Part shown: positions 39,869-48,620 of the stretch, piece by piece
Position numbering within the stretch: the first letter of the stretch is position 1
Layout: the number at the start of each line of letters is the position of its first letter
From: an uncultured virus (IMG/VR IMGVR_UViG_3300035183_000083)
Lineage: Duplodnaviria; Heunggongvirae; Uroviricota; Caudoviricetes
DNA: 64,000 nucleotides
IMG/VR virus record: IMGVR_UViG_3300035183_000083
Reading direction: 5' to 3' (one strand)
The notes under the pieces: model-generated
Database searches by the model: none
Told to the model about the DNA's origin: nothing
Seen by the model: the letters and a program-made list of their open reading frames with translations, nothing else
Made by a program: the position numbers and the translations under genes

Positions 39869-41164
39869 TTAAAGGCTGACTTGGGTTGCTGAGTTGTAAA
39901 TGCTGTCCAACTCCTCATCGGAGATGATGACAATGTTCTGATCGGTCACGTTGAAGTACAGACCGTCAATGTCATCGAATAACGACTCAACGAGTTCCAG
40001 GACTATATCCTGGGTGTCGTCGTCGATGGCTTCAAACCCCATGTTCCTGGCTGCATAGGTCGTCACGTCCTTGATACCTACCCGGATACCGCGTTTTTCA
40101 AACCCAGACTTTTTGGAGTGCAAGGCTATCAAACGGTCCTTGATTGCCGTTGCAGCCTGCTTTTCCATTTCATTCGCCTTATCATCAAGGCTCTCCTCTT
40201 CCTCGGTATCATCGTCAGAATCCTCTTCCTCGTCGGACTCATCCGTAGTGTTGGTCTCCACATCGGTCTCGGTATCTTCCTCGTCGTCAGTGTCGGGGTC
40301 AACTTCCGACTCACCTTCCTCCTCCATGGAGTCAGGGTCATAGTCCAGCACTTCTTGGCATATGGAGATAAGCTCCGACACGGCAAGTTCTGGTATCTGG
40401 TTGATGACCTCCAGAGTGAGGTGCCGATTTACTCCACTCATGCACATGATACGGTTGTGAGTGCTAGCTTCCTTCTCATACGGGATACCATCTGCGTCAC
40501 TGAAAGGTCCGACAACCAATCCCAGGGAGGTCAAGCTTTCACGAATCCAGTCGTCCAAAGACATGACGCCTTCATTGACCTTTTCCTTACCCGCCAGAAT
40601 GGCAGTACATCCTTCTTGGAGGAGTCTGAACCCTTCGGTTGCTTTGCCGAAGATGTCATCCATGAAGGTCCCGTGCGTGATGGCTGGTGCTTGTACTCGA
40701 CCTTCTTCCTCGCTAGAACGACCCGTTTGTTCGCTGACGGCATAAGTCTCAGCATCCGTAGTGTTGGTCTCCACATCGGTCTCGGTATCTTCCTTGTGAA
40801 CGTCACCTTCATCCGGCTGGATGTTGAGGCCAAAGATACCACCAACGTCCTTCGTCGGCTCATCCACCTCTTGATCCGTATCCAGCTCCTGGTCCGCATC
40901 CAGCCCTTCCGGCCCCTGTTCGTTGTCCAGATCGGCTGGTTGATCGTCTTCCTGATCGGAGTCCCCGTACGCTTCATCCAAGACCATCGGTCGAATACCT
41001 TCTTCGGCCAAAGCCTGGCTTAACAAGTCTTCGCTACCCTGCGTTTGATCTTGTTCGGTCGCCACACCAGTGGTGGCTGCAACCTGCTCCGGAGCTTGAG
41101 CTTGGGCTTGATCGTTGGTCTGGCTGGTCTGGTTCTGATCGTTCATTTCGCTGGTGTTGTTCAT
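39869..41164 (-). CDS. Highly acidic hypothetical protein (431 aa)
   Basis: D/E-rich throughout; duplicated EDTETDVETNTTD. Confidence 0.8.
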   Translation of the reverse strand: MNNTSEMNDQNQTSQTNDQAQAQAPEQVAATTGVATEQDQTQGSEDLLSQALAEEGIRPMVLDEAYGDSDQEDDQPADLDNEQGPEGLDADQELDTDQEVDEPTKDVGGIFGLNIQPDEGDVHKEDTETDVETNTTDAETYAVSEQTGRSSEEEGRVQAPAITHGTFMDDIFGKATEGFRLLQEGCTAILAGKEKVNEGVMSLDDWIRESLTSLGLVVGPFSDADGIPYEKEASTHNRIMCMSGVNRHLTLEVINQIPELAVSELISICQEVLDYDPDSMEEEGESEVDPDTDDEEDTETDVETNTTDESDEEEDSDDDTEEEESLDDKANEMEKQAATAIKDRLIALHSKKSGFEKRGIRVGIKDVTTYAARNMGFEAIDDDTQDIVLELVESLFDDIDGLYFNVTDQNIVIISDEELDSIYNSATQVSL

Positions 41165-41254
41165 TGCAAATACCTAATTGATGTTGACTCTGGTAATGAC
41201 CTATGTGGTCCGCTATCCTTTACAGTTGTGTGCGTCTACCTTATTTTCTACCTC

Positions 41255-41437
41255 CTATTTAAGGTAAATGGTTAACTGACGGTTTTGACGGATGCGCTGC
41301 GTAAGCGCACGTTTGGTCTGGTAATCCTTGTAAGAAGCTTTGAAAGCCATCACCAAGGTCAAGGCTATGATAATCGCTAAGACATAAACCACTAACATCT
41401 GGTTGTAGGTGAGATATTGAAGCATAAAGTCGTTCAT
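41255..41437 (-). CDS. Small single-TM membrane protein
   Basis: MLVVYVLAIIIALTLVMAF followed by a basic tail. Confidence 0.6.
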   Translation of the reverse strand: MNDFMLQYLTYNQMLVVYVLAIIIALTLVMAFKASYKDYQTKRALTQRIRQNRQLTIYLK

Positions 41438-41535
41438 TTTCTTATACCGCTTAGTGTAGAGCTAGAGCTTAGAGCATGTACCTGGTGCTGACCTAAGCAC
41501 CAGGTACATACGCGCATCGTATATAAATTAAGGTC

Positions 41536-41981
41536 TTACAGTAGACCTAACTTGGTGTTTAGGTCGAAATCTGGCCGAATGCGAGTAGACTTGCAGTCTT
41601 TGCATTGCCAAAGCTTGTGAGCGTTTGTGTCCTGCGGTACAGCGGCAAATGCGTGGTTGCATTCACGGCAAGAGTACAGCTGGATACCAGGGTTCGCAAC
41701 TTTGATTATGGTTGCCGCAAGCCTGACAGGCCACGGGAAGGTGGGGTTGTGGTCGATCAACGCCACTACCTGGTCAAACTCGCTTTTGTCCAAGCTGGGC
41801 ATTGGCACCCAACCTTCACCTTCAACCAATACGGTCAAGCTAAAGATGAAATCGCTACGGACAGCGACCTTACCGTTGGTAAATACGGTGCCAGCACCAG
41901 AGGGTCTAGCTTGGGCAGGAGTTCCCGCAAGGCGCTGTTCAAGGTGAAGAAAGTTTCAGTGGTTTCGGTGTTGTTTTGCAT
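41536..41981 (-). CDS. Zinc-ribbon protein, frameshifted at about 41951
   Basis: MQNNTETTET (AAGGT SD) joins the 41536-41838 frame if T3 is T4; CREC...CKDC. Confidence 0.6.
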
Positions 41982-42097
41982 GGTTGTGTACCTTACGGTT
42001 GTTGTGTTGTGAGCAATAAATTGTGTAATGTGGGGAGTCAGACCTGTGTTGACTGCTACGACTGTCGAGCTTATCATGCCCAAGAGCCTGCGTGTCC

Positions 42098-42126
42098 ATT
42101 ATATCACATTTGCTTATCCCTGTCAA
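42098..42126 (-). promoter_or_regulatory. Sigma70 consensus promoter with extended -10
   Basis: TTGACA gggataagcaaatgtga TATAAT. Confidence 0.9.
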
Positions 42127-42248
42127 TATCTATGGTCCGCTACGGACTATGACAGACTGACAGATCCAGAGACACATCATTTTACAGGTTTGAGCGGAAA
42201 AGCGAGGCCAATGAAAGCGCGAGGATCGCGGTGCAGAACCTAGCCAAT

Positions 42249-42274
42249 AAAAAGGGGCACTGCAAAGTACCCTT
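42249..42274 (-). terminator. Intrinsic terminator
   Basis: Hairpin aagggtac-tttgca-gtgcccc followed by TTTTT on the minus strand. Confidence 0.6.
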
Positions 42275-42297
42275 GGGATTAAAGGTCGCGCTTTCGA

Positions 42298-43026
42298 TTA
42301 CATTTCGATAGCGTCGCGTTCGTATACGGTCTTAACGAACTTGCGACCTAGTGCCGTCCATTTGATGTGCTTTCTACCCCGAGCACCTTTGACAACCTTG
42401 ATCGTTTCGGGGTGGAAGATTTCTTCCGCCACCAAGTATGCGACGTTTGCAGCTAGTTTATGGTTGTCCAAGTATTCGGTTGTCTTGGACCCAACCTTTG
42501 CCGACAGTACAACCAGCAGAGCTGAGTGAATGGTTTGCAATTGACGGCCGGTGATACCGATTTCCGCCGCTGCTGGTCCAGCTTTGAAGTCTTCGATGTT
42601 GCTGGAGTCTCCGTCCCGTTTCAGGAAGTCTTCATTCAGCGGGATGGAGAAACCTTTCGCCGTCGCCCTCTTGCGCTGTTGCGGTTGCTTCTTGCCATCG
42701 ACTTCCGACTTGGGCTTGGCATCTTCTTTGGGAGTTTCCTCAACCTTTGGACGGCGCGCCGGTTTCTTTTCGGTTGTAGGCGCTCCGGTCTTTTCGGGCT
42801 GTTTCTTGCCCTTAGGTTTAGCACCCGCTTCGCCACCGTCATCTTGGTGAAGCTTGGATTTAGCCTCTCTCTTGAGAGGTTGCTTGCCTTCATCCCCGTC
42901 GGTGATGGTCGGGCGCTTGGTCTTCGAGGTTTCAACGGTGTCGGTCATGACTTTTCTCCGGGGTACACGGGAAGTGGTTTCGGTTTCGGTTTCGTTGGGC
43001 TTGGGTGCGCGTTTTTGAATAGCCAT
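42298..43026 (-). CDS. Early basic protein with possible C-terminal winged helix
   Basis: Disordered K/R/E-rich N-half; ...GRKHIKWTALGRKFV wing-like ending; AGGAG SD. Confidence 0.7.
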   Translation of the reverse strand: MAIQKRAPKPNETETETTSRVPRRKVMTDTVETSKTKRPTITDGDEGKQPLKREAKSKLHQDDGGEAGAKPKGKKQPEKTGAPTTEKKPARRPKVEETPKEDAKPKSEVDGKKQPQQRKRATAKGFSIPLNEDFLKRDGDSSNIEDFKAGPAAAEIGITGRQLQTIHSALLVVLSAKVGSKTTEYLDNHKLAANVAYLVAEEIFHPETIKVVKGARGRKHIKWTALGRKFVKTVYERDAIEM

Positions 43027-43110
43027 CGAAGTTCTCCTAAGAGTGTTGTGTTGTGAGTAGCAATCCTGACTGTCTGGGCTTGTTTCGTTAGCTCAGTCGT
43101 CCTCGCTAAT

Positions 43111-43139
43111 AGTATAACACACTCAAAATTGAAAGTCAA
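43111..43139 (-). promoter_or_regulatory. Sigma70-like promoter with extended -10
   Basis: TTGACT-N17-TATACT with upstream TG. Confidence 0.8.
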
Positions 43140-43274
43140 GCTATTTTCACAAATATTTCGCTAGTCAGACGTTGCGGCCTACGTATTTCTACGCTTGGGT
43201 TCGTCGAATTAAGCTGTAGACGCTATAGCAGTCAAGCTAGGCTTGGGCCGTTTTGGGGCTATGGATTCTGTAGG

Positions 43275-44396
43275 TTAGCGACTTGCCCGTATGAGATCCT
43301 GTGCTGCTTCTCTGACTAGCCCCCTAGCCCTGTCTATTTGGGAGTCTGAGAAACCTGCTTGTCTCATGTAGGTTCGTAGTCCTGTAAGGACGTTGAACTG
43401 GGGAACATCCCGTAAGGTGGCTAAACCTGACAAAATTTCTGTCTGGAACTCACCTTCTTTGTTCTTTTTTGCTTTCTTTACTCCATTGATGGATGCTATG
43501 CTGGGGTTTTTAGTCATAACGTCCTTTGGGACCACAACCCCCTCTTCTGTTAAGACCTTGTACCGTATCGACTTGTCATTCCGTATCTTCAACCAGTCAT
43601 CCTTTTCCGATATGACCAGCGTCTCCAACTTGAACTCCGGTCTAGCATTTATAAACTCATGGTCTACCTTTAGGACCTTGTTCTGGTATCTGGCCTCAAA
43701 AGCTATGAATCCCTTCGGTCTCTTTTCACCAAAGTTCTTTTGGTACAAACTTCCGTTATAAATTAGGCGTTTCTTTGCCAAATATTGATATTGGTGTATA
43801 TGGCCTGATATAAGGAAGTCCCCAGGTACCCGTTCAATCTCTACCTCTTTACACCGTAACGGTAGACCATTATCCCCAATAGCCCCAGGGTATTCTATGT
43901 GGCAGAATACTAAAGGCGGCCGTTTGGTCTCCTTGAGCTTCTTATGTGGGAAAGGTAGAAACTGAACAGTAATACCGTCTATGGCTCTTACTTCCGGCTT
44001 ATAAAACAGTTGGACTGACTTTAGGGCCTTGTTGGTCGTTAAAACGTTCAAAACATCAACCGATGTTTTTTGGATGCTATGAACATCATGGTTGCCAAGC
44101 ACATACCAGGTATTTATGTGACCTTCATAGCCCATCAGGAAGGCTATTAAGGCTATTAGCTGGTAGTCTTCTAGGTTCGGCACATCCGATATGTCACCCG
44201 GTATGAATACATGCTTGATGCCGTTTTCTACTGCATATTGGTAGGGCTTGTGCATTTCTGCTATTTGACGATCCAATGCGTCGGGGAACATTCTGTTTAG
44301 GTTGGCACTATTCAGATGCCAGTCAGAGGTGGATACACCTCTCAGGCTTTGAGCCTTATCATTTTGACTGTGTTTGTTGGACGATTTAATACCCAC
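43275..44396 (-). CDS. sbcD: SbcD/Mre11/gp47-like metallophosphoesterase nuclease
   Basis: SDWH, GDISD, GNHD, FCH, SGHIH, YNGSLYQKNFGE. Confidence 0.9.
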   Translation of the reverse strand: MGIKSSNKHSQNDKAQSLRGVSTSDWHLNSANLNRMFPDALDRQIAEMHKPYQYAVENGIKHVFIPGDISDVPNLEDYQLIALIAFLMGYEGHINTWYVLGNHDVHSIQKTSVDVLNVLTTNKALKSVQLFYKPEVRAIDGITVQFLPFPHKKLKETKRPPLVFCHIEYPGAIGDNGLPLRCKEVEIERVPGDFLISGHIHQYQYLAKKRLIYNGSLYQKNFGEKRPKGFIAFEARYQNKVLKVDHEFINARPEFKLETLVISEKDDWLKIRNDKSIRYKVLTEEGVVVPKDVMTKNPSIASINGVKKAKKNKEGEFQTEILSGLATLRDVPQFNVLTGLRTYMRQAGFSDSQIDRARGLVREAAQDLIRASR

Positions 44397-44397
44397 T

Positions 44398-45249
44398 TTA
44401 GGCCCCCATCATGTGCAAGAAATCAGATAGGTCGAATACTAGGAATGAAGGCTCTGAGTTCAGGCCTTGCAGTGCTTCTAACTGAGTCTCTAACTCCATT
44501 ATCTCTTGGATCAACATCTGTTTATACTGCCTTTCGATAACAGGCTTGACTTCCGGGTTTTCCTCTAGCAGCTTATATACCATATACGTCTTGGATCCGT
44601 ATATGGCCGCTAGCTTATTCCTCAGGCTAGCTACCTCTAACTTTAGACCACTAAGGTCTATTTGACCTTTTTTGTAAGCTTTTACTAGCTCCCAAATAGT
44701 CTTCATTCGCGTAAGGTCTTTCTTCGCATAAGCATCTAAAGCCTCTACACTCAACGCATTTAATGCCTTGTTCTTCACTTTATCAGGATGTGTCCTAACC
44801 ATTATCCGTCTGAATAGGGATTTCAATTCTTTTTCCCTATTGGATCCTTCGGACTCCACCTCCTCCGGTTCTTGACTTTGATTTTGGCTTTGATGTTGGC
44901 TTTGATGTTGACGGTCGTCACTGTCGAAATCTTGCTGGAAAAAATCCTCTGGATTATGGTCTTCATTCTCCTCTTCTTGCTTCTTATTCCTATAAGCTTC
45001 GGCCCTAGCTTCGGCCTCTAATTTACTTATTTCCGCCAAAATTTGGGCCTTCTGCCTCAACAATTGAGGATACAGGGCATTGAAGTCTTGGACTAGCTTA
45101 CTGAGCGTAATCTCTATCCCTTCTATTTTGAGTTTCAACCCCGCCCGTTCGCCTATAAGTGCGTATTGCTCAAAAAACTCAGAGGCTTGATCTACTATAC
45201 CTACTGGAACGGGTAACCCAGGTACTTTCGTCATCATTTGACCGACCAT
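44398..45249 (-). CDS. J-domain-containing protein
   Basis: ELKSLFRRIMVRTHPDKV...AY. Confidence 0.75.
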   Translation of the reverse strand: MVGQMMTKVPGLPVPVGIVDQASEFFEQYALIGERAGLKLKIEGIEITLSKLVQDFNALYPQLLRQKAQILAEISKLEAEARAEAYRNKKQEEENEDHNPEDFFQQDFDSDDRQHQSQHQSQNQSQEPEEVESEGSNREKELKSLFRRIMVRTHPDKVKNKALNALSVEALDAYAKKDLTRMKTIWELVKAYKKGQIDLSGLKLEVASLRNKLAAIYGSKTYMVYKLLEENPEVKPVIERQYKQMLIQEIMELETQLEALQGLNSEPSFLVFDLSDFLHMMGA

Positions 45250-46109
45250 GTTGTATTTCTCCTTAGCGTAGAGTTTATCTGTGTGAGGGTCTTGGACATA
45301 CCCAGTTCTTTACAGATTGTTTCGATCTTATCAAAATCTGGTTGCTTTAGCTCGCAGTCTTTTACTTTTAGTCCTAAGTCCACGCTTGTATCCAGTGTTA
45401 TTAGTTGAACGTTTCTCTTTAAGATGGGTTTCGAGGCTTTGACGCTATCCCTTAATTTGGGTGTGAGATCATCTAAGTGGTGTAGAACGCCTTTGATGGT
45501 CTTGTATTGTCTTAGTAGAGCGGAGGCTTTTTTATCCGCAACGTTTTCAATCCCCTTGATATTGTCTACTCCATCTCCCTTCATTGCCAGAAACTCTACG
45601 ATCTGACTAGGTTTGACACCGAACTTCTTCAATACAGCACGTTCATCTAAGATTGTATTGGTAAACGGATCCAGAATCCGTATAGGCCCACCTACCAACT
45701 GACAAAAATCCTTGTCTCGACTCTTTATCAACACCTCGTCCCTGGTACTCAATTTTAAGGCTAACGTTGCTATGATGTCGTCGGCCTCTACACCTTTTAA
45801 GCCACACACGCGAATACCCATAGCCCGCAACAATCTCCGTGTGCCCTGCATTTGTACCTTTAAGGTCGTGTCTGTCTTGGATTCCCTATTAGCCTTATAT
45901 TCAGGATATATCTTTTTCCTCCAATCAGAACCACCTCGGTCAAAAGCTACCACCATATACTTAGGGTTGTAGGTGGATATATCTTGGAGAACCATGTTCA
46001 CCATCCCCATTATAGCATTAGTCGGTATCCCGTCCTTATTTGATAAGTACGGTACAGCGTGGTAAGCCCTGTGCATCATGTTGTGCCCGTCAACAAGGAT
46101 TGCTGTCAT
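45234..46109 (-). CDS. 5'-3' exonuclease (Pol I N-terminal / flap endonuclease family)
   Basis: LVDGHNMMHRAYHA, YPEYKANR, EADDIIATL, SRDKDF, GDGVDNIKGI. Confidence 0.93.
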   Translation of the reverse strand: MTAILVDGHNMMHRAYHAVPYLSNKDGIPTNAIMGMVNMVLQDISTYNPKYMVVAFDRGGSDWRKKIYPEYKANRESKTDTTLKVQMQGTRRLLRAMGIRVCGLKGVEADDIIATLALKLSTRDEVLIKSRDKDFCQLVGGPIRILDPFTNTILDERAVLKKFGVKPSQIVEFLAMKGDGVDNIKGIENVADKKASALLRQYKTIKGVLHHLDDLTPKLRDSVKASKPILKRNVQLITLDTSVDLGLKVKDCELKQPDFDKIETICKELGMSKTLTQINSTLRRNTTWSVK

Positions 46110-46152
46110 AAAAGCCTCGGAGGTATGTGGTTGATTGGACGGTCTATAGTAG

Positions 46153-46180
46153 AAAAGGGTAGCTATACAGCTACCCTTTT
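46153..46180. terminator. Intrinsic (possibly bidirectional) terminator
   Basis: aaaagggtagct-atac-agctaccctttt. Confidence 0.75.
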
Positions 46181-46209
46181 GAATGGCCTGACCTAGGCTG
46201 GCGTAGGGG

Positions 46210-46605
46210 TTATTCGTTTGATGACGCTGTAGCTGGTTCTACTAATTTAAAACCCCGGAGGGTGTATTGACCTTGGCCGTTAGGGCTTTCTGAGAAATCG
46301 TAGGTGATCCATTTACCACTAATCATATAAACCGCCATGTTTAGCAAATATAGACCATCAATCACTGGATGGCCTGTGACTGGAGCCAGGCTCACCGGGA
46401 AATACGGGTGGTCATTCATAAGCCGAATATTAGAAACCATTCTATTTGATGCAACTAAGTGGATTCCAGATGGATCCATTTGAAAGGCCATATTAAGAGC
46501 ATCTAATATGGCGTTGGCTTTAATCCCACCATCTATAGTGATGGCTCTGGATGCTAATGTATCCAACAAAGGACTAAGTGGTTGTCTATTACTTATGGTG
46601 TCCAT
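46210..46605 (-). CDS. Hypothetical protein (start revised)
   Basis: MDTISN start immediately after the upstream stop. Confidence 0.65.
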   Translation of the reverse strand: MDTISNRQPLSPLLDTLASRAITIDGGIKANAILDALNMAFQMDPSGIHLVASNRMVSNIRLMNDHPYFPVSLAPVTGHPVIDGLYLLNMAVYMISGKWITYDFSESPNGQGQYTLRGFKLVEPATASSNE

Positions 46606-46609
46606 AGTT

Positions 46610-47164
46610 TTACTCGTCGTCAACAATGTCGAAAGGATCGTTACTGTCACCACTTGAGGATGAAGACCCAGCTTTGATCTTCCAGTCCTTAAAATGGAAT
46701 GTCAAAACCTTGCTAGTTTCCTCAGGATCCCCTAGTAGGAGCTGCGCCGATCTCAAAGTACAATCCGACAGCACTAGGTCATATTTATCCCCTTTGTTGT
46801 AGTTGATGTGGACCGTTATGTTAAACCCTAGGGCTTTACGACCAGTAGTGAAGGCTTTCACTAAGTTCAGGCTTTGAATGAGGTATTTCTCGGTATTTAC
46901 GATGTTTACCTCCATCTCCCTTCTAACTAAGTCGATAGCCGTTGTGTCCCGCAGGCCATTTAGGACCTTCAAGGTTTCTTTGCTGGTGTAGGCTGCTGAA
47001 AACCGATAGACCGAATGATCTAAGACTTTAGCGCATTTGAAATCCAGTGGATCTGCGCTCTTGGCTTCCCGTCTTCCACCGTCCAATACAGTTATCTTAG
47101 AGCCTTGGCCATTCGAGTTGCTATTCGCCGTTGGACCTTGTTGGTCATCATCTTTCTTACTCAT
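46610..47164 (-). CDS. Hypothetical protein (start revised)
   Basis: GAGG SD before MSKKDD; overlaps the recA stop. Confidence 0.65.
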   Translation of the reverse strand: MSKKDDDQQGPTANSNSNGQGSKITVLDGGRREAKSADPLDFKCAKVLDHSVYRFSAAYTSKETLKVLNGLRDTTAIDLVRREMEVNIVNTEKYLIQSLNLVKAFTTGRKALGFNITVHINYNKGDKYDLVLSDCTLRSAQLLLGDPEETSKVLTFHFKDWKIKAGSSSSSGDSNDPFDIVDDE

Positions 47165-48554
47165 CAAGGGATCCTCGGGTCTTAGCCATTTCACGCTTGT
47201 GTTGATAGTACAAATCCAAGCCGTTCCTATCAGCCAGTTGTCGTTTACAGTACTCTCGTATGTTCATCGGCTTTTCGATTCCCACCTTCTTAAGAACCTT
47301 TTCCATGACGGCCCGTGAACCCAAGATAAGCTGCTTGAACTGATTCCACGTAAGCTGTTTCGACCGGAACTTGTTTGGTCCCAGATTTAGCTTTAATTGC
47401 TTACCAGAAGCAAGCTTTCCTTCTATCTGACCAGTGTGAACCAGATACTGGTAGGTATCCCATACAGGATCTAGCCCTCTGGCTACCCCATCAGAGTCCG
47501 ACACCCAAATCCTAAACCAAGCTTCTAGGTTTGGTTGAGACAGCTTGTTCTTGATTGCTCTAGCGTGAACGAAGCGGTAGGTGTCTACCCCATCACCGAA
47601 TGCTGCATCTTCTTGAAGAACTATCCCCTTACCAAACCCCTTAGGGATAACTCTGGAGGTCTTTTTGATTCGACAATCCGAATAGAGCTTAAGGGCATTA
47701 CCACCTGGTTCTTCTTCCATAGGACCGAACCTTGCCATCGGCTTAGCTCTTAACTGATTGACGCCTACGACGGTGATTTTCTTGCTCCGCATACGACCCT
47801 TGACTCGTTGGAGCTGCCGGGAGAACATGCGGGCTTGAAGTGCGATAGAGTTGTTAGGATCGTCCACATCCGAGTCTTTCGGCAGCATAGCTGGGTAACT
47901 ATCCGTGAAGACCAGAGCTTGCATATTACCGTCAGGGGACGGAGTCCTGATAAGCCCAGTCTTTTTGTAGTACTTATGGTCGTAGTCTGTACCAACTAGT
48001 GCCTTATTTCGCTTGGTATCTTCATAGACGTACCACCATTCATTATTGATCTTTACCTTATCGGGTAAAGCGCGTTCCAGTTTGGCCACGAAGTCAAAGA
48101 ACTTTTCTGCGATGATTTCGCTGTAATAACGCACCCTAGGTTCAACAACCCATAGGCCTTTATCATCCCTTACACCGAACACCTCTTCAACAGGTATGGT
48201 GATACCATTTGTTATCATAATGTTTTCGAGGTAGTCAGGTCGGGTTGAACCTTCGTAGTCCCAGTGTGAGATAATGGGAACAAAAGAGTTTAGGGCTTCT
48301 GTCATAATCATGGATATATCCGTAGATTTTGCGCTTTGTTCCGCACCTAGGATAGTGTACCATGCTCCACCTACTAACCCGCCCCCTAGAATGAGGTCAT
48401 ACATCAACATGCCTACTGATAATCGACGCTCATCCTTATCCATAGCTGTACTAGACAGCGAGAAGTCCTTTTCAATGGAGTCGATTAGGTTGGTGACCGT
48501 GTCGTACGGGTTGAATACCTTAGCTTTAGCTACTTCTTTGGATTTAGATTTCAT
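47157..48554 (-). CDS. recA: RecA/UvsX-like recombinase with a large insertion
   Basis: DLILGGGL, Walker A GAEQSAKST, Walker B VFTDS, ALQARMFS, VNQLR, PGGNALKLYSDCR, KNK. Confidence 0.88.
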   Translation of the reverse strand: MKSKSKEVAKAKVFNPYDTVTNLIDSIEKDFSLSSTAMDKDERRLSVGMLMYDLILGGGLVGGAWYTILGAEQSAKSTDISMIMTEALNSFVPIISHWDYEGSTRPDYLENIMITNGITIPVEEVFGVRDDKGLWVVEPRVRYYSEIIAEKFFDFVAKLERALPDKVKINNEWWYVYEDTKRNKALVGTDYDHKYYKKTGLIRTPSPDGNMQALVFTDSYPAMLPKDSDVDDPNNSIALQARMFSRQLQRVKGRMRSKKITVVGVNQLRAKPMARFGPMEEEPGGNALKLYSDCRIKKTSRVIPKGFGKGIVLQEDAAFGDGVDTYRFVHARAIKNKLSQPNLEAWFRIWVSDSDGVARGLDPVWDTYQYLVHTGQIEGKLASGKQLKLNLGPNKFRSKQLTWNQFKQLILGSRAVMEKVLKKVGIEKPMNIREYCKRQLADRNGLDLYYQHKREMAKTRGSLDE

Positions 48555-48585
48555 ATAATCACCTGATACCGGACCAATACATCAA

Positions 48586-48609
48586 GAAGGGGGCTTAAGT
48601 GCCCCCTTC
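48586..48609 (-). terminator. Stem-loop after the SSB-like gene
   Basis: gaagggggc-ttaagt-gcccccttc. Confidence 0.65.
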
Positions 48610-48620
48610 CACGCTAGCAA

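Noticed and set aside
40118..41023. 301-aa plus-strand ORF
   Set aside because: Antisense shadow of the GC3-rich acidic gene.
47157..48554. Intein in the RecA-like insertion
   Set aside because: No Cys/Ser-start and His-Asn-end splice motifs, and no LAGLIDADG seen.
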